DNA of 64,000 bases from contig JBDTAX010000045.1 of the NCBI GenBank assembly GCA_039924425.1, forward strand, positions 5,064-69,063, read 5' to 3'. Positions 16,916 through 25,094 of this stretch are shown here, in pieces. A program made the translations under genes and the position numbers. The notes under the pieces are model-generated. The model saw only the letters and a program-made list of their open reading frames with translations. It had not been told where the DNA came from and did no database searches. Positions within the stretch are counted from its first letter, which is position 1. Each line of letters starts with the position of its first letter. The DNA is from Pseudonocardiaceae bacterium (GTDB taxonomy: Bacteria > Actinomycetota > Actinomycetes > Mycobacteriales > Pseudonocardiaceae).

Positions 16916-17302
16916 GTGTTTCCGCGCAGCGGCGACGTCCGGTTCTACCGAGTGCTCGCCGCTTACATCCCGGGAGTGGGACGGTGCACCACCCAGGTCG
17001 AGCTCGTCGAGGACCAGCTGATCCTGCGGCCGGACACGACAACCTGGTTCGAGATCCCGCTCGACCACGCCAACGCCTGCCGCCTGCTCGACGCCCTCAC
17101 CGGCGAGGTCCCGGGGATCGTCCGGACACAGCACCCGCACAACGGCGCGACCACGGTCGCCGTGGCGCTGCACGGCCCATCAGCGGCGTCCCTGCGGGTG
17201 GAGAACGTGGCGAAAGGCGTGCTGCACGTCGTGTTCGACGAGACCCAACTACCTGAGCTGATCATGCACCTGGAAGACGGCGCCACCTGGCTCCCCCACT
17301 GA
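16916..17302 (+). CDS. Hypothetical protein
   Basis: GTG start 6 nt after the previous stop, very high GC3, balanced amino-acid composition. I recognise no motif. Confidence 0.55.
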   Translation: MFPRSGDVRFYRVLAAYIPGVGRCTTQVELVEDQLILRPDTTTWFEIPLDHANACRLLDALTGEVPGIVRTQHPHNGATTVAVALHGPSAASLRVENVAKGVLHVVFDETQLPELIMHLEDGATWLPH

Positions 17303-17312
17303 CGCCCGCGAT

Positions 17313-17357
17313 CGGCACGACGAGGCCGCCCGGCCCCTGGTGATCAACGTCGTGCCG
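17313..17357 (+). terminator. Hairpin downstream of the two-gene hypothetical operon
   Basis: Perfect 10-bp arms CGGCACGACG (17313-17322) and CGTCGTGCCG (17348-17357) with a GC-rich 25-nt loop. There is no U-tract. Confidence 0.3.
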
Positions 17358-17551
17358 GAGGCTTTCCCGTGGCGCGGAGACCGAGTAGCTCCGCCGGCTG
17401 GCGACGACGGGCCTCCCCTATTCACAGGAATGATCATCTGATCGGGGCCCCGGCTCATCCTCTTGCGGATCTTGTTTTTGGGTGGTGGGCGTGGTGTGGT
17501 GGTGCCCGGCTGTCATGTCGAGTGATCTCTACTTGCGCTTCGCCAGTGGAC

Positions 17552-18007
17552 TCACGGCGCACTTGGGTGCTGGGCACTGCGGACCACGACGACGGGGCAG
17601 GTGGCGTGCTGGAGACAGTGCTGGCTGACCGACCCCAGCAGCGCGCCGACGAATCCACCGTGGCCTCGGTTGCCGACCACCAGCAGCTCGGCTCCGGCAG
17701 ATGCGTCGAGCAGCGCTTGGACTGCGTTGGCCATCACGACATGGGGGTGGATCCCCGCCTGCCCGGGGAAGCCAGACATCTCGGTGATGGTGTCCGCGAT
17801 GACCTGGTCGGCGATGCTCTGGAAATCCACATCTCCAAGCGATGCCAGGCCGTAGGTGCTGGGGAACTCCCAGGCGATGACCGCATCCACTACAGCGTGG
17901 GTCAGCTCGGCCTGCCGCACCGCCCAGGCCAGCGCGGCCTTCGAGGGACCTGAACCGTCCACGCCGACCACGATCCGTCGTTGCGGCTGGTCCTGCGGCT
18001 GGGTCAT
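17552..18007 (-). CDS. Universal stress protein (UspA family)
   Basis: ATG 18007 lies 5 nt after GGAGGAGG. RIVVGVDGSGPSKAALAWAV and LLVVGNRGHGGFVGALLGSVSQHCLQHATCPVVVV are present. Confidence 0.85.
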   Translation of the reverse strand: MTQPQDQPQRRIVVGVDGSGPSKAALAWAVRQAELTHAVVDAVIAWEFPSTYGLASLGDVDFQSIADQVIADTITEMSGFPGQAGIHPHVVMANAVQALLDASAGAELLVVGNRGHGGFVGALLGSVSQHCLQHATCPVVVVRSAQHPSAP

Positions 18008-18052
18008 GTCAGCCTCCTCCGCCACTGACCGCATAGATTCGGGAGACACGCT

Positions 18053-18667
18053 CTAGATCCAGCCGTTGTTGTCGGCGATGCGGGCGGCGTCCGCTCCGTT
18101 CACCGCGTTGGTCTTGCCGATCGCCGAGGACAGGTGGTTGCGCACCGTTCCGTTGGACAGGTGCAGCACCTTGGCGATCTCGGTGGCGGTGTGCCCCTTC
18201 CGGGCGGTGCGCAGCACCTCACGCTCCCGGTCGGTGAGTGGGTTAACCCCGATGGCCAGCGACTCGGCGGCCAGCTCGGGGTCCACCACGCGCAGCCCGG
18301 CGTGCACCCGCCGGATGGCGTCCACCAGGTGCTCGGGCGGGGCGTCCTTGAGGAGGAAGCCGGTGGCGCCGGTGGCCATCGCCCTGGCGAAGTAGCCGGG
18401 TCGGCCGAAGGTGGTACAGATGATGACCCGGCAGCTGGGCAGCCCGGTGCGCAGCTCGGCGGCGGCGGTGAGCCCGTCCTTGCCGGGCATCTGCACGTCC
18501 AGTAGGGCGACGTCGGCCTGGGTGCCGGTCGCCGCCAGCAGCACCTCCTCGCCGGAGGCCACCTCCGCGACGACATGCAGGTCGGTCTCCAGGTTGAGCA
18601 TCGCGACCAGCCCGCCCCGGACCAGAGCCTGGTCGTCGGCCACCAGCACCCTGATCACATCAGTCAC
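18053..18667 (-). CDS. LuxR/NarL-family response regulator
   Basis: Receiver domain (VLVADDQALVRGGL, DVALLDVQMPGKDG) and LuxR HTH (LTDREREVLRTARKGHTATEIAKVLHLSNGTVRNHLSSAIGKT). GTGA overlap with the kinase gene. Confidence 0.9.
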   Translation of the reverse strand: MTDVIRVLVADDQALVRGGLVAMLNLETDLHVVAEVASGEEVLLAATGTQADVALLDVQMPGKDGLTAAAELRTGLPSCRVIICTTFGRPGYFARAMATGATGFLLKDAPPEHLVDAIRRVHAGLRVVDPELAAESLAIGVNPLTDREREVLRTARKGHTATEIAKVLHLSNGTVRNHLSSAIGKTNAVNGADAARIADNNGWI

Positions 18668-19806
18668 GCGGGTACCTCCGCCCGGAGTTGGTAGCCGCCG
18701 GTGGGCAGCGGCCCGGCGGTGAGAGTGCCGTGCACCGCGGCCAGCCGCTCGGAAAGCCCGGAAAGCCCATTACCGGGCGTACCGAGCGGGGCCACCCCGT
18801 TGTCGCGGATTTCCAGCCAGCGCGCGCCGAGGCGCACCGTGCAGCGGGCGGCACCGCTGTGCCGGACCACATTGGTGACGCCCTCGCGCAACACGTAGGC
18901 CAGTGGTTCCTCCAGGCTGGCCACCACGTCGTCGACGGCGTGCGGCAGGTCGGCGTCGATCCCGGCGGCCCGCAGCGCGGCCCTGGCCGAGACCAGTTCG
19001 GCGGCCAACGACATCCGCCGCTGCCCGGACACGGTGGAGCGGATGTCGGCCAGCGCGCGGCGGGACAGATCCTCGGTGTCGCGGATCTCCTCCAGCACCC
19101 GGTCCTTCGGTGCGTCGCCCTCCAACAGCCGCCGGGCCAGCGAGGTCTTCACTGTGATCGTGGTGAGGCTGTGCCCGAGCACGTCGTGCAGGTCCCTGGC
19201 CAGTCTGGCACGTTCGCCGGCCACCGCCAGCGTGCGGACCTCGGACCGGGCCTGGCGCAGTTTGCCGAGGAGGCGGGCCGACCGGCTCAGGCTCAGCGTG
19301 ATGACCGCGATCAGCGCCAGGATCAAGGTGGCATCGAGGTCTACCCGGCCGTCGACCCACCAGGTGGCCAGCGCGCAGCCGGCGACACAGACCACACCGA
19401 TCCACGGCGCCCAACCCAGGGGCAGCAATAGGATGGAGGCACTCAATGCGTAGCCGAGAACGCTTGGTGAGCTGGCCGAACCGGCGACGACCAGGTAGCC
19501 CAGGCCCACCACGAACAGCAGGCAGACCAGGGCGATCCGCCCGGGCGGCGACCAGCCCGGCGCGAGCCACCAGACGCAGAGGAAGCTCGCCGCGTAGACC
19601 ACGGTCAGGACCAGCGAGAGCGCGGCCGGGCGGCCCATGTGCAACGCCGAGATCGTGGTCGGCAGCAGCCAGAACAGGAACAACGAGGCGCCGATCCGGT
19701 CGCGGCGGCGCCCCCGCGACCAGGAGTGGCCCAACTCGGGCCACTCCCACGGCTCGACCCGGAGATCGTCCGGGTCGAGCTCGGCTCCGCTGTTCACGGT
19801 GCTCAC
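18664..19806 (-). CDS. Sensor histidine kinase (HisKA_3/DesK-like)
   Basis: Multi-TM N-terminus, H-box RLARDLHDVLGHSLTTITVK, and an HATPase region (EGVTNVVRHSGA, DNGV, GNGLSGLSERL). Confidence 0.85.
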   Translation of the reverse strand: MSTVNSGAELDPDDLRVEPWEWPELGHSWSRGRRRDRIGASLFLFWLLPTTISALHMGRPAALSLVLTVVYAASFLCVWWLAPGWSPPGRIALVCLLFVVGLGYLVVAGSASSPSVLGYALSASILLLPLGWAPWIGVVCVAGCALATWWVDGRVDLDATLILALIAVITLSLSRSARLLGKLRQARSEVRTLAVAGERARLARDLHDVLGHSLTTITVKTSLARRLLEGDAPKDRVLEEIRDTEDLSRRALADIRSTVSGQRRMSLAAELVSARAALRAAGIDADLPHAVDDVVASLEEPLAYVLREGVTNVVRHSGAARCTVRLGARWLEIRDNGVAPLGTPGNGLSGLSERLAAVHGTLTAGPLPTGGYQLRAEVPA

Positions 19807-19831
19807 CTTACGGTCGATGGGTGCCGCGCGC

Positions 19832-20485
19832 TCAGATGCTGGCGGCCATCGCCCGCTTGGTGGACCGGATCGACCAGGTGATCAACACGGAGTAGGCGGC
19901 GATCATCAGCACATTCGAGGCGGCCACCGCGACGTCGATCGGCAGCACGAACACCATCGGGATACGCAGCAAGGACTCCACCGCCAGCCCGGCGCCCCAA
20001 ACCAGCGAGCTGATGAAGAACCGCCGGCGCACCACCGGGTCGGCGTACTTCGCCCGCAGCTCCGCCTGCCCGACCGGACCGGTGAACCGCTGCGCCGCGT
20101 AGTAGGTCAACGGCCGGCGCACCGCGCAGCTGCCGAGGAAGAACAACCCGGCCAGGAAACTGGTCAGCGAATCCTTGACCAGTATGAAGCGAGCGTCGCC
20201 GGTAACGAAGGTAAGAGCCAGACCCACCCCGAACAGGATCATCAGGAACATCGCGAACGGGTCCACGCAGCGGTCGCGCACCGCTACCCAGGCCAGCCGC
20301 GCCGCGGCGGCGAGGGTGCCGGCCAGCAGCGAGACGTACTCCGAGCAGCCCAACGCCCGGGCCCCGTAGTAGACGGCCACCGACGGTCCGACGTCCCAGA
20401 CCAACGACGCCACCATTCGGCGCGCGGCGGTGGTCGCGCCTCTCTTGGTGTCCGGCGCGGGGGTGGTGTCCAGGGTGATGCTCAT
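19832..20485 (-). CDS. Polytopic membrane protein co-transcribed with the two-component system
   Basis: ATG 20485 lies 5 nt after GAGGAG. Several hydrophobic segments. It lies 25 nt upstream of the kinase gene. My family assignment (VC0807/septation-protein-A-like) is only an impression. Confidence 0.6.
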   Translation of the reverse strand: MSITLDTTPAPDTKRGATTAARRMVASLVWDVGPSVAVYYGARALGCSEYVSLLAGTLAAAARLAWVAVRDRCVDPFAMFLMILFGVGLALTFVTGDARFILVKDSLTSFLAGLFFLGSCAVRRPLTYYAAQRFTGPVGQAELRAKYADPVVRRRFFISSLVWGAGLAVESLLRIPMVFVLPIDVAVAASNVLMIAAYSVLITWSIRSTKRAMAASI

Positions 20486-20822
20486 GGCGTCTCCTCGGTG
20501 CTGCTTGCCGTTGGCGTCCGTGCTCACCCAAGAAGCATCCCGCCGGTCGGCCGACGGAACCCCCGACAACAGTCACGAGATCGGCATGACAGATGTCATC
20601 CGGCCATCCAGACCGCGGCCAACACCCGGCTCACATCGCCCAGGTCGTTGAACACCAATTCGGCGCCAGCCGCAGCAGTCCCGACCCCACGTGCGACACC
20701 ACACCACGCCCGCCCACTTCCACGGACACCCTGCCGGTGGAGAACGCGGCGAACGGTCAGCCGATCCCTGACCGAGACGGGCGTGGTGTGGTGCGGGAGC
20801 CGGCGAGTAAGTTCGAGGCGGG

Positions 20823-21581
20823 ATGGACGACGAGCGAGCGCAACGCGGACGGAGCTTCGGGCAGGTCGCCGAGCTTTATGACCGGTGGCGTCCTGGCTAC
20901 CCGGAGGCCCTCTACGCCGACGTCTGCGCGCTGGGAGTCGAGGGACGCGTTCTGGAGGCTGGCGCCGGGACAGGTCGGACGACGTTGGCGCTCGCGCAGC
21001 GCGGGGCGACGGTCGTCGCGGTCGAACCGGAAGCGGCGATGGCCGCCGTCGCACGGCGGCGCACGCGGGGGATGGCGGTCGAGGTGCGGGAATCGGCCTT
21101 CGAGGACTGCGCCGCAGCGACCGGCGCGTTCGATCTTGTCGTCGCCGCGCAGTCGTGGCACTGGGTAGACCCTGATCGCGGCGCACACGTTGCCGCCCGC
21201 GCGCTGCGTCCAGGCGGGGCCTTGTGTCTGTGGTGGAACCGTCCCCGTGACCTCGCCAGCCCGGTGTGGGATGCGGTCCACGATGCCTACGCCGAGCACG
21301 CCCCCTCCTTGGAGCGCCGCACCGATCTCCAGCAGCCCGAACAGCGGATCGAGCCCGCCGCGGGCTTCACGCCGTGGACCGCGCGCACCTACGACTGGTC
21401 CGCTCACTACAACGTCGAGAGTTACAGCGGGCTTATTCAGACCCATTCCGACCATTTACAGCTACCCACGGCGCAGCGTGAACGGCTGATCGACGCGGTC
21501 CGAACGGCTATCACCGACGCGGGCGCCGGCCAGGTGGAATACAACTACCGCACCATCTTGCTGACCGCGCACGTACACTGA
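20823..21581 (+). CDS. Class I SAM-dependent methyltransferase
   Basis: Motif I VLEAGAGTGRTTLALAQRGATVVAVE, plus downstream FDLVVAAQSWHW. Confidence 0.85.
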   Translation: MDDERAQRGRSFGQVAELYDRWRPGYPEALYADVCALGVEGRVLEAGAGTGRTTLALAQRGATVVAVEPEAAMAAVARRRTRGMAVEVRESAFEDCAAATGAFDLVVAAQSWHWVDPDRGAHVAARALRPGGALCLWWNRPRDLASPVWDAVHDAYAEHAPSLERRTDLQQPEQRIEPAAGFTPWTARTYDWSAHYNVESYSGLIQTHSDHLQLPTAQRERLIDAVRTAITDAGAGQVEYNYRTILLTAHVH

Positions 21582-21584
21582 GCG

Positions 21585-22505
21585 CTACTCCGACTCGTCC
21601 ACTGGCACGACGTCAACGGTCACGCGCAGGTCGTGTTTCTCGGCCTGGCTAAAGATCACGCCCTTGAGGGGGGGCACGTCGGTGTAGTCGCGGCCCCAGG
21701 CGGTCGTGACGTAACGGTCGTTGACCAGTTGGTCGTTCGTGGGGTCGAGGTCGACCCAGCCGGCGTCGGGCACGAAGGCCGACGCCCAGGCGTGCGACAC
21801 GTCGGCGCCAGCCACCCGCGCCTTCCCCGGTGGCGGCCTGGTTTCCAGGTACCCGCTGACATAACGGGCAGCCAGCCCGAGCGAGCGCAGGCAGCCGATC
21901 GCGACGTGCGCGAAGTCCTGGCACACTCCCGCCCGGCGCTCGAGCACCTCTTCGATCGTCGTCTTGACGTCGGTGGCACCCGGGGAGAAGTCGAAGTCGC
22001 AGTAAATCCGCGACGTCAGATCGCTCAACGCGGCCAGTATCGGCGCTCCGGGGGAAAACGACGGCGACGCGTACTCGGCGAGCTGTTCGGAGGTCGTCAC
22101 CAGCGGTGAGTCGAGCACGAACTGCCGGGCATCGAACACAGCGGCGTCGAACACGGCGGTATCGAACACGGCGGCATTAGGGCTGGCCTGGATGCGGTCA
22201 CGGACCTGCTCCCACGGGGTCTCACCGAGACCGGCTAGCTCCACGCGCCGCCCGCTGACCCGCACCAGGCTCGTGACGGTGACAGACAACCGGGTGTGCG
22301 GGGTCAGCAGAGCGAAGTACGCGGTCCGATTGCCGAAGAAGTCGAGCCGCTCACGCAGATCCTGCGGCCGCGGCTCGATCGTGAGCTGGCTGCGCACACA
22401 CACCTGGCCGGGCAGGTCGCGCGGCAGCATGATGATCTCGCCGAAGCTCGAGGACACCGCCGAGGAATAACGGTACTCAGTGTGGTGGGTGACCTGGTAC
22501 GTCAT
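21585..22505 (-). CDS. Transglutaminase-family protein (Bact_transglu_N plus TGase core)
   Basis: N-terminus YQVTHHTEYRYSSAV. Cys-His-Asp core: GVCQDFAHVAIGCLRSLGLAARYVSGY, DVSHAWASAFVP, WVDLDPTN. ATGA overlap with the upstream gene. Confidence 0.85.
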   Translation of the reverse strand: MTYQVTHHTEYRYSSAVSSSFGEIIMLPRDLPGQVCVRSQLTIEPRPQDLRERLDFFGNRTAYFALLTPHTRLSVTVTSLVRVSGRRVELAGLGETPWEQVRDRIQASPNAAVFDTAVFDAAVFDARQFVLDSPLVTTSEQLAEYASPSFSPGAPILAALSDLTSRIYCDFDFSPGATDVKTTIEEVLERRAGVCQDFAHVAIGCLRSLGLAARYVSGYLETRPPPGKARVAGADVSHAWASAFVPDAGWVDLDPTNDQLVNDRYVTTAWGRDYTDVPPLKGVIFSQAEKHDLRVTVDVVPVDESE

Positions 22506-25093
22506 GGCGAGTCCGGGATCAGCAGCGACTGCTGTGGGGGCAGGTGAGTGAAGTGCGCGGCGTCCAGCGCATCGCTGACCCGCTCCAGCATGCTGATGAG
22601 GTGGTCCAGGAAGACCTCGACTCCGGGGCGCCGGCCGTCGCGATCGACCTCGGCCAAACCGGTGGGCTCCGGGAGCCGCAGCGCGGTCGAGGTCTCCAGC
22701 ACCAGCCGCTCGGCCTCCGTCAGCCGACTGAGCCCATCCCGGCGGGCGACCGCGCTCACGTCCTCCCCCAGCTGGTTGATCTGGTAGCCGACCGAGCGGG
22801 GGTTGTCGGGATCGAGCAGCAGCAGGTCCAGCAGGGTGGCAAGCTGGGCATGCGACCGGTAGCGGCGCCGGTAGGTGATGATGCTCTCGGCCGCGGTGAG
22901 CACTGATTCCAGCAGCAGGCTGTCGGTGGCCGTGTCGTGGGCGACGGTGACGGTGGAGCGCAGCAGCGCGCAGACCTGGATGCCTCGCTCCAGGCGCCGC
23001 CCAGCGTCCATGAACCGCCAGCCGTGGTCGCGCACCATGCTCTCGCTGGCCAGGCCACCGAGAGCGAGCAGGCTGGTCAACACCCGAGGCAGGGTGCCCG
23101 GCGCCAGCGTGGTACCAGCCGCGGCGGGCTCCAGCAGCTCCCGCTCCAGCGCCCCGATGACCAGCCAGGTGTCGGCGGAGAGCTGGTCGCGCACCGGGTA
23201 GGCCGCATCACGCAGGCAGCGCACCGCGAAGGCGAGCGTGCCGGGACGCTTCGCGTCGATCATCAGGGCGAGCAGCTCGCGGTCGACGTCGGTGTCGATA
23301 TCGATATCGATGTCGACACCGACATCGGGGGCGTGCGCGTCCAAGCCGGGATGTGTCCTGGCGAGGTCCGTCACCGCAGTCAGCAGTGACCGCAGGCACG
23401 CGCTGCCGGCGGGGTTGACCCGGTCCGGGAAGTCGTTGCGCCGGTCGCCGACCACCCGCAGCAGGCGGGCCATCGCCTCGGCGCGCTCCGCGTAGCGACC
23501 CAGCCAGAACAGGTTCTCGGCGGCGCGGGCGGACATCGCGCGCTCCAAGAAGACCGGCGCGGCAGGTTGCAGCCAGAAGCCGCCGAGATCCTCCGGCTCG
23601 GAGGCCAGCACCCAGATGTCCTTGCTCATCGCTCCGGATTGGTTCGCGATGAACGCGCTGCCCAGCGCGCTGTCGAAGGGGTTGTCGGAGCTCGCCGCGA
23701 CCCTGGCGAGGCCTCCCGGCATCGCGGCGTAGGACTCATGGCGGGCGACCAGGAAGGCCCGCAGCACGGCCCGGCGCGGCACCAGCCCGTCCTCGGTCAG
23801 CGTGGGCACGGTGCTCAGGTCCAGCCGTTCCTGGCCGACCCAGTCGTGTGGGCGGGCCTCGATCCGGCGGCGCAGCTCGTCGCGCTGGGCGACACTGAGC
23901 TCCCAGCCGAGCAGGGTCTGCGCGCCCGGATCGCGCGAGATCGACTTCACCACCAGCGTCTCCAGGCGCCCGAGCACGTACCGCCGCCCGTCCGGCTCGC
24001 CGCACCACCACGTCGGCACCGACGCCAGCTCCAGCGGCTGGCCGAGCAGGTGCTCGCACAGCCGCGGCAGCAACGGCAGCAGGCCCGGGTTCTCCAGCAC
24101 CCCGCTGCCCAGGGTGTTCACCACCGACACGCTGCCCAACCGGCAGGCCTCCACCAGGCCGGGCACTCCGAGGCGGGACTCTGAGCGCAGCTCCAGGGGG
24201 TCGCAGTAGGAACTGTCGACCCGGCGCAGGATCACATCTACCGTCTCCAGTCGCCCGAGCGAGCGCAACCACACCCGGCCCTCGCGCACTGTGAGATCGG
24301 CGCCTTCGACCAGTGGGTAACCCAGGTGGGACGCGAGGAACGCGTGCTCGAACGCTGACTCGCTCCACGGGCCCGGCGTCAGCACCACGATCCGGGGTTC
24401 GGTCGCGCTCGGTGGCGCCGCCGCCTGCAGCGCCGAGCGCAGCGTGCGGAAGAACGGGGCGAGCCGGTGCACGTGCGCATCGCGGTACATGCTGGGGAGC
24501 ACCCGCGAGACGACCAGCCGGTTCTCCAGCGCGTATCCCGCGCCGGTCGGTGCCTGGGTGCGGTCGGACAGCACCCAGTACCCACCGGTGGCGTCCCGGG
24601 TGAGGTCCACCGCGCAGGCGAACAACTGCTGAGAACCGGGAATCCGGACCTGGTCGGCCTCCCGCAGGAAGCCCGGGTGGCCGAACACCAGCTCGGGTGG
24701 CACGAGACCCCGGCGCAGCAGCTCGCGCGGGCCGTAGAGGTCTGCCAGGACAAGGTTCAGCAGCTCCGCGCGCTGGATGACACCGCGCTCGATGTCACCC
24801 CACTGCTGGCTGGTCAGCAGCATCGGGACCGGGTCCAGCTCCCATCGCTGCCCGGTGCCGGTCGTGTCGGCGGCGACGTGGTAGGTGACGCCGTCGCCCG
24901 CGAGCAGGCGAGCCGCCTCAGCGCGGCGCCGGGTCAGCTCGTGGCGGCCCAGAGCGTCGAGCACCCGGCCAACGTGCGTCCACTGCTCGCGCAACTCGCC
25001 GGTGCCATCGACCATCTCGTCATGGACCGCGCTCAGCGGGTGGTAGCCGTCGAGGAGTCCGATCGGGGTGGCGCTCGCCAGCTCGGAGGGCAC
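22502..25093 (-). CDS. Fusion of circularly permuted type 2 ATP-grasp and alpha-E (DUF403-like) domains
   Basis: 863 aa. The N-terminal half parallels the 511-aa ATP-grasp paralog in this window (VTYHV, YALENRLV, AFEHAFLA, VDVILRRVD, NTLGSGVLENP). The C-terminal half parallels the alpha-E paralog (NLFWLGRYAERAEA). An acidic DIDIDIDTDVD linker lies within the alpha-E-like half, about 50 residues after that motif. Confidence 0.85.
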   Translation of the reverse strand: MPSELASATPIGLLDGYHPLSAVHDEMVDGTGELREQWTHVGRVLDALGRHELTRRRAEAARLLAGDGVTYHVAADTTGTGQRWELDPVPMLLTSQQWGDIERGVIQRAELLNLVLADLYGPRELLRRGLVPPELVFGHPGFLREADQVRIPGSQQLFACAVDLTRDATGGYWVLSDRTQAPTGAGYALENRLVVSRVLPSMYRDAHVHRLAPFFRTLRSALQAAAPPSATEPRIVVLTPGPWSESAFEHAFLASHLGYPLVEGADLTVREGRVWLRSLGRLETVDVILRRVDSSYCDPLELRSESRLGVPGLVEACRLGSVSVVNTLGSGVLENPGLLPLLPRLCEHLLGQPLELASVPTWWCGEPDGRRYVLGRLETLVVKSISRDPGAQTLLGWELSVAQRDELRRRIEARPHDWVGQERLDLSTVPTLTEDGLVPRRAVLRAFLVARHESYAAMPGGLARVAASSDNPFDSALGSAFIANQSGAMSKDIWVLASEPEDLGGFWLQPAAPVFLERAMSARAAENLFWLGRYAERAEAMARLLRVVGDRRNDFPDRVNPAGSACLRSLLTAVTDLARTHPGLDAHAPDVGVDIDIDIDTDVDRELLALMIDAKRPGTLAFAVRCLRDAAYPVRDQLSADTWLVIGALERELLEPAAAGTTLAPGTLPRVLTSLLALGGLASESMVRDHGWRFMDAGRRLERGIQVCALLRSTVTVAHDTATDSLLLESVLTAAESIITYRRRYRSHAQLATLLDLLLLDPDNPRSVGYQINQLGEDVSAVARRDGLSRLTEAERLVLETSTALRLPEPTGLAEVDRDGRRPGVEVFLDHLISMLERVSDALDAAHFTHLPPQQSLLIPDSP

Positions 25094-25094
25094 G

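Noticed and set aside
19637-20881. 414-aa ORF on the + strand
   Set aside because: It is antisense to the histidine kinase and membrane-protein genes. The translation is low-complexity and Arg-rich.
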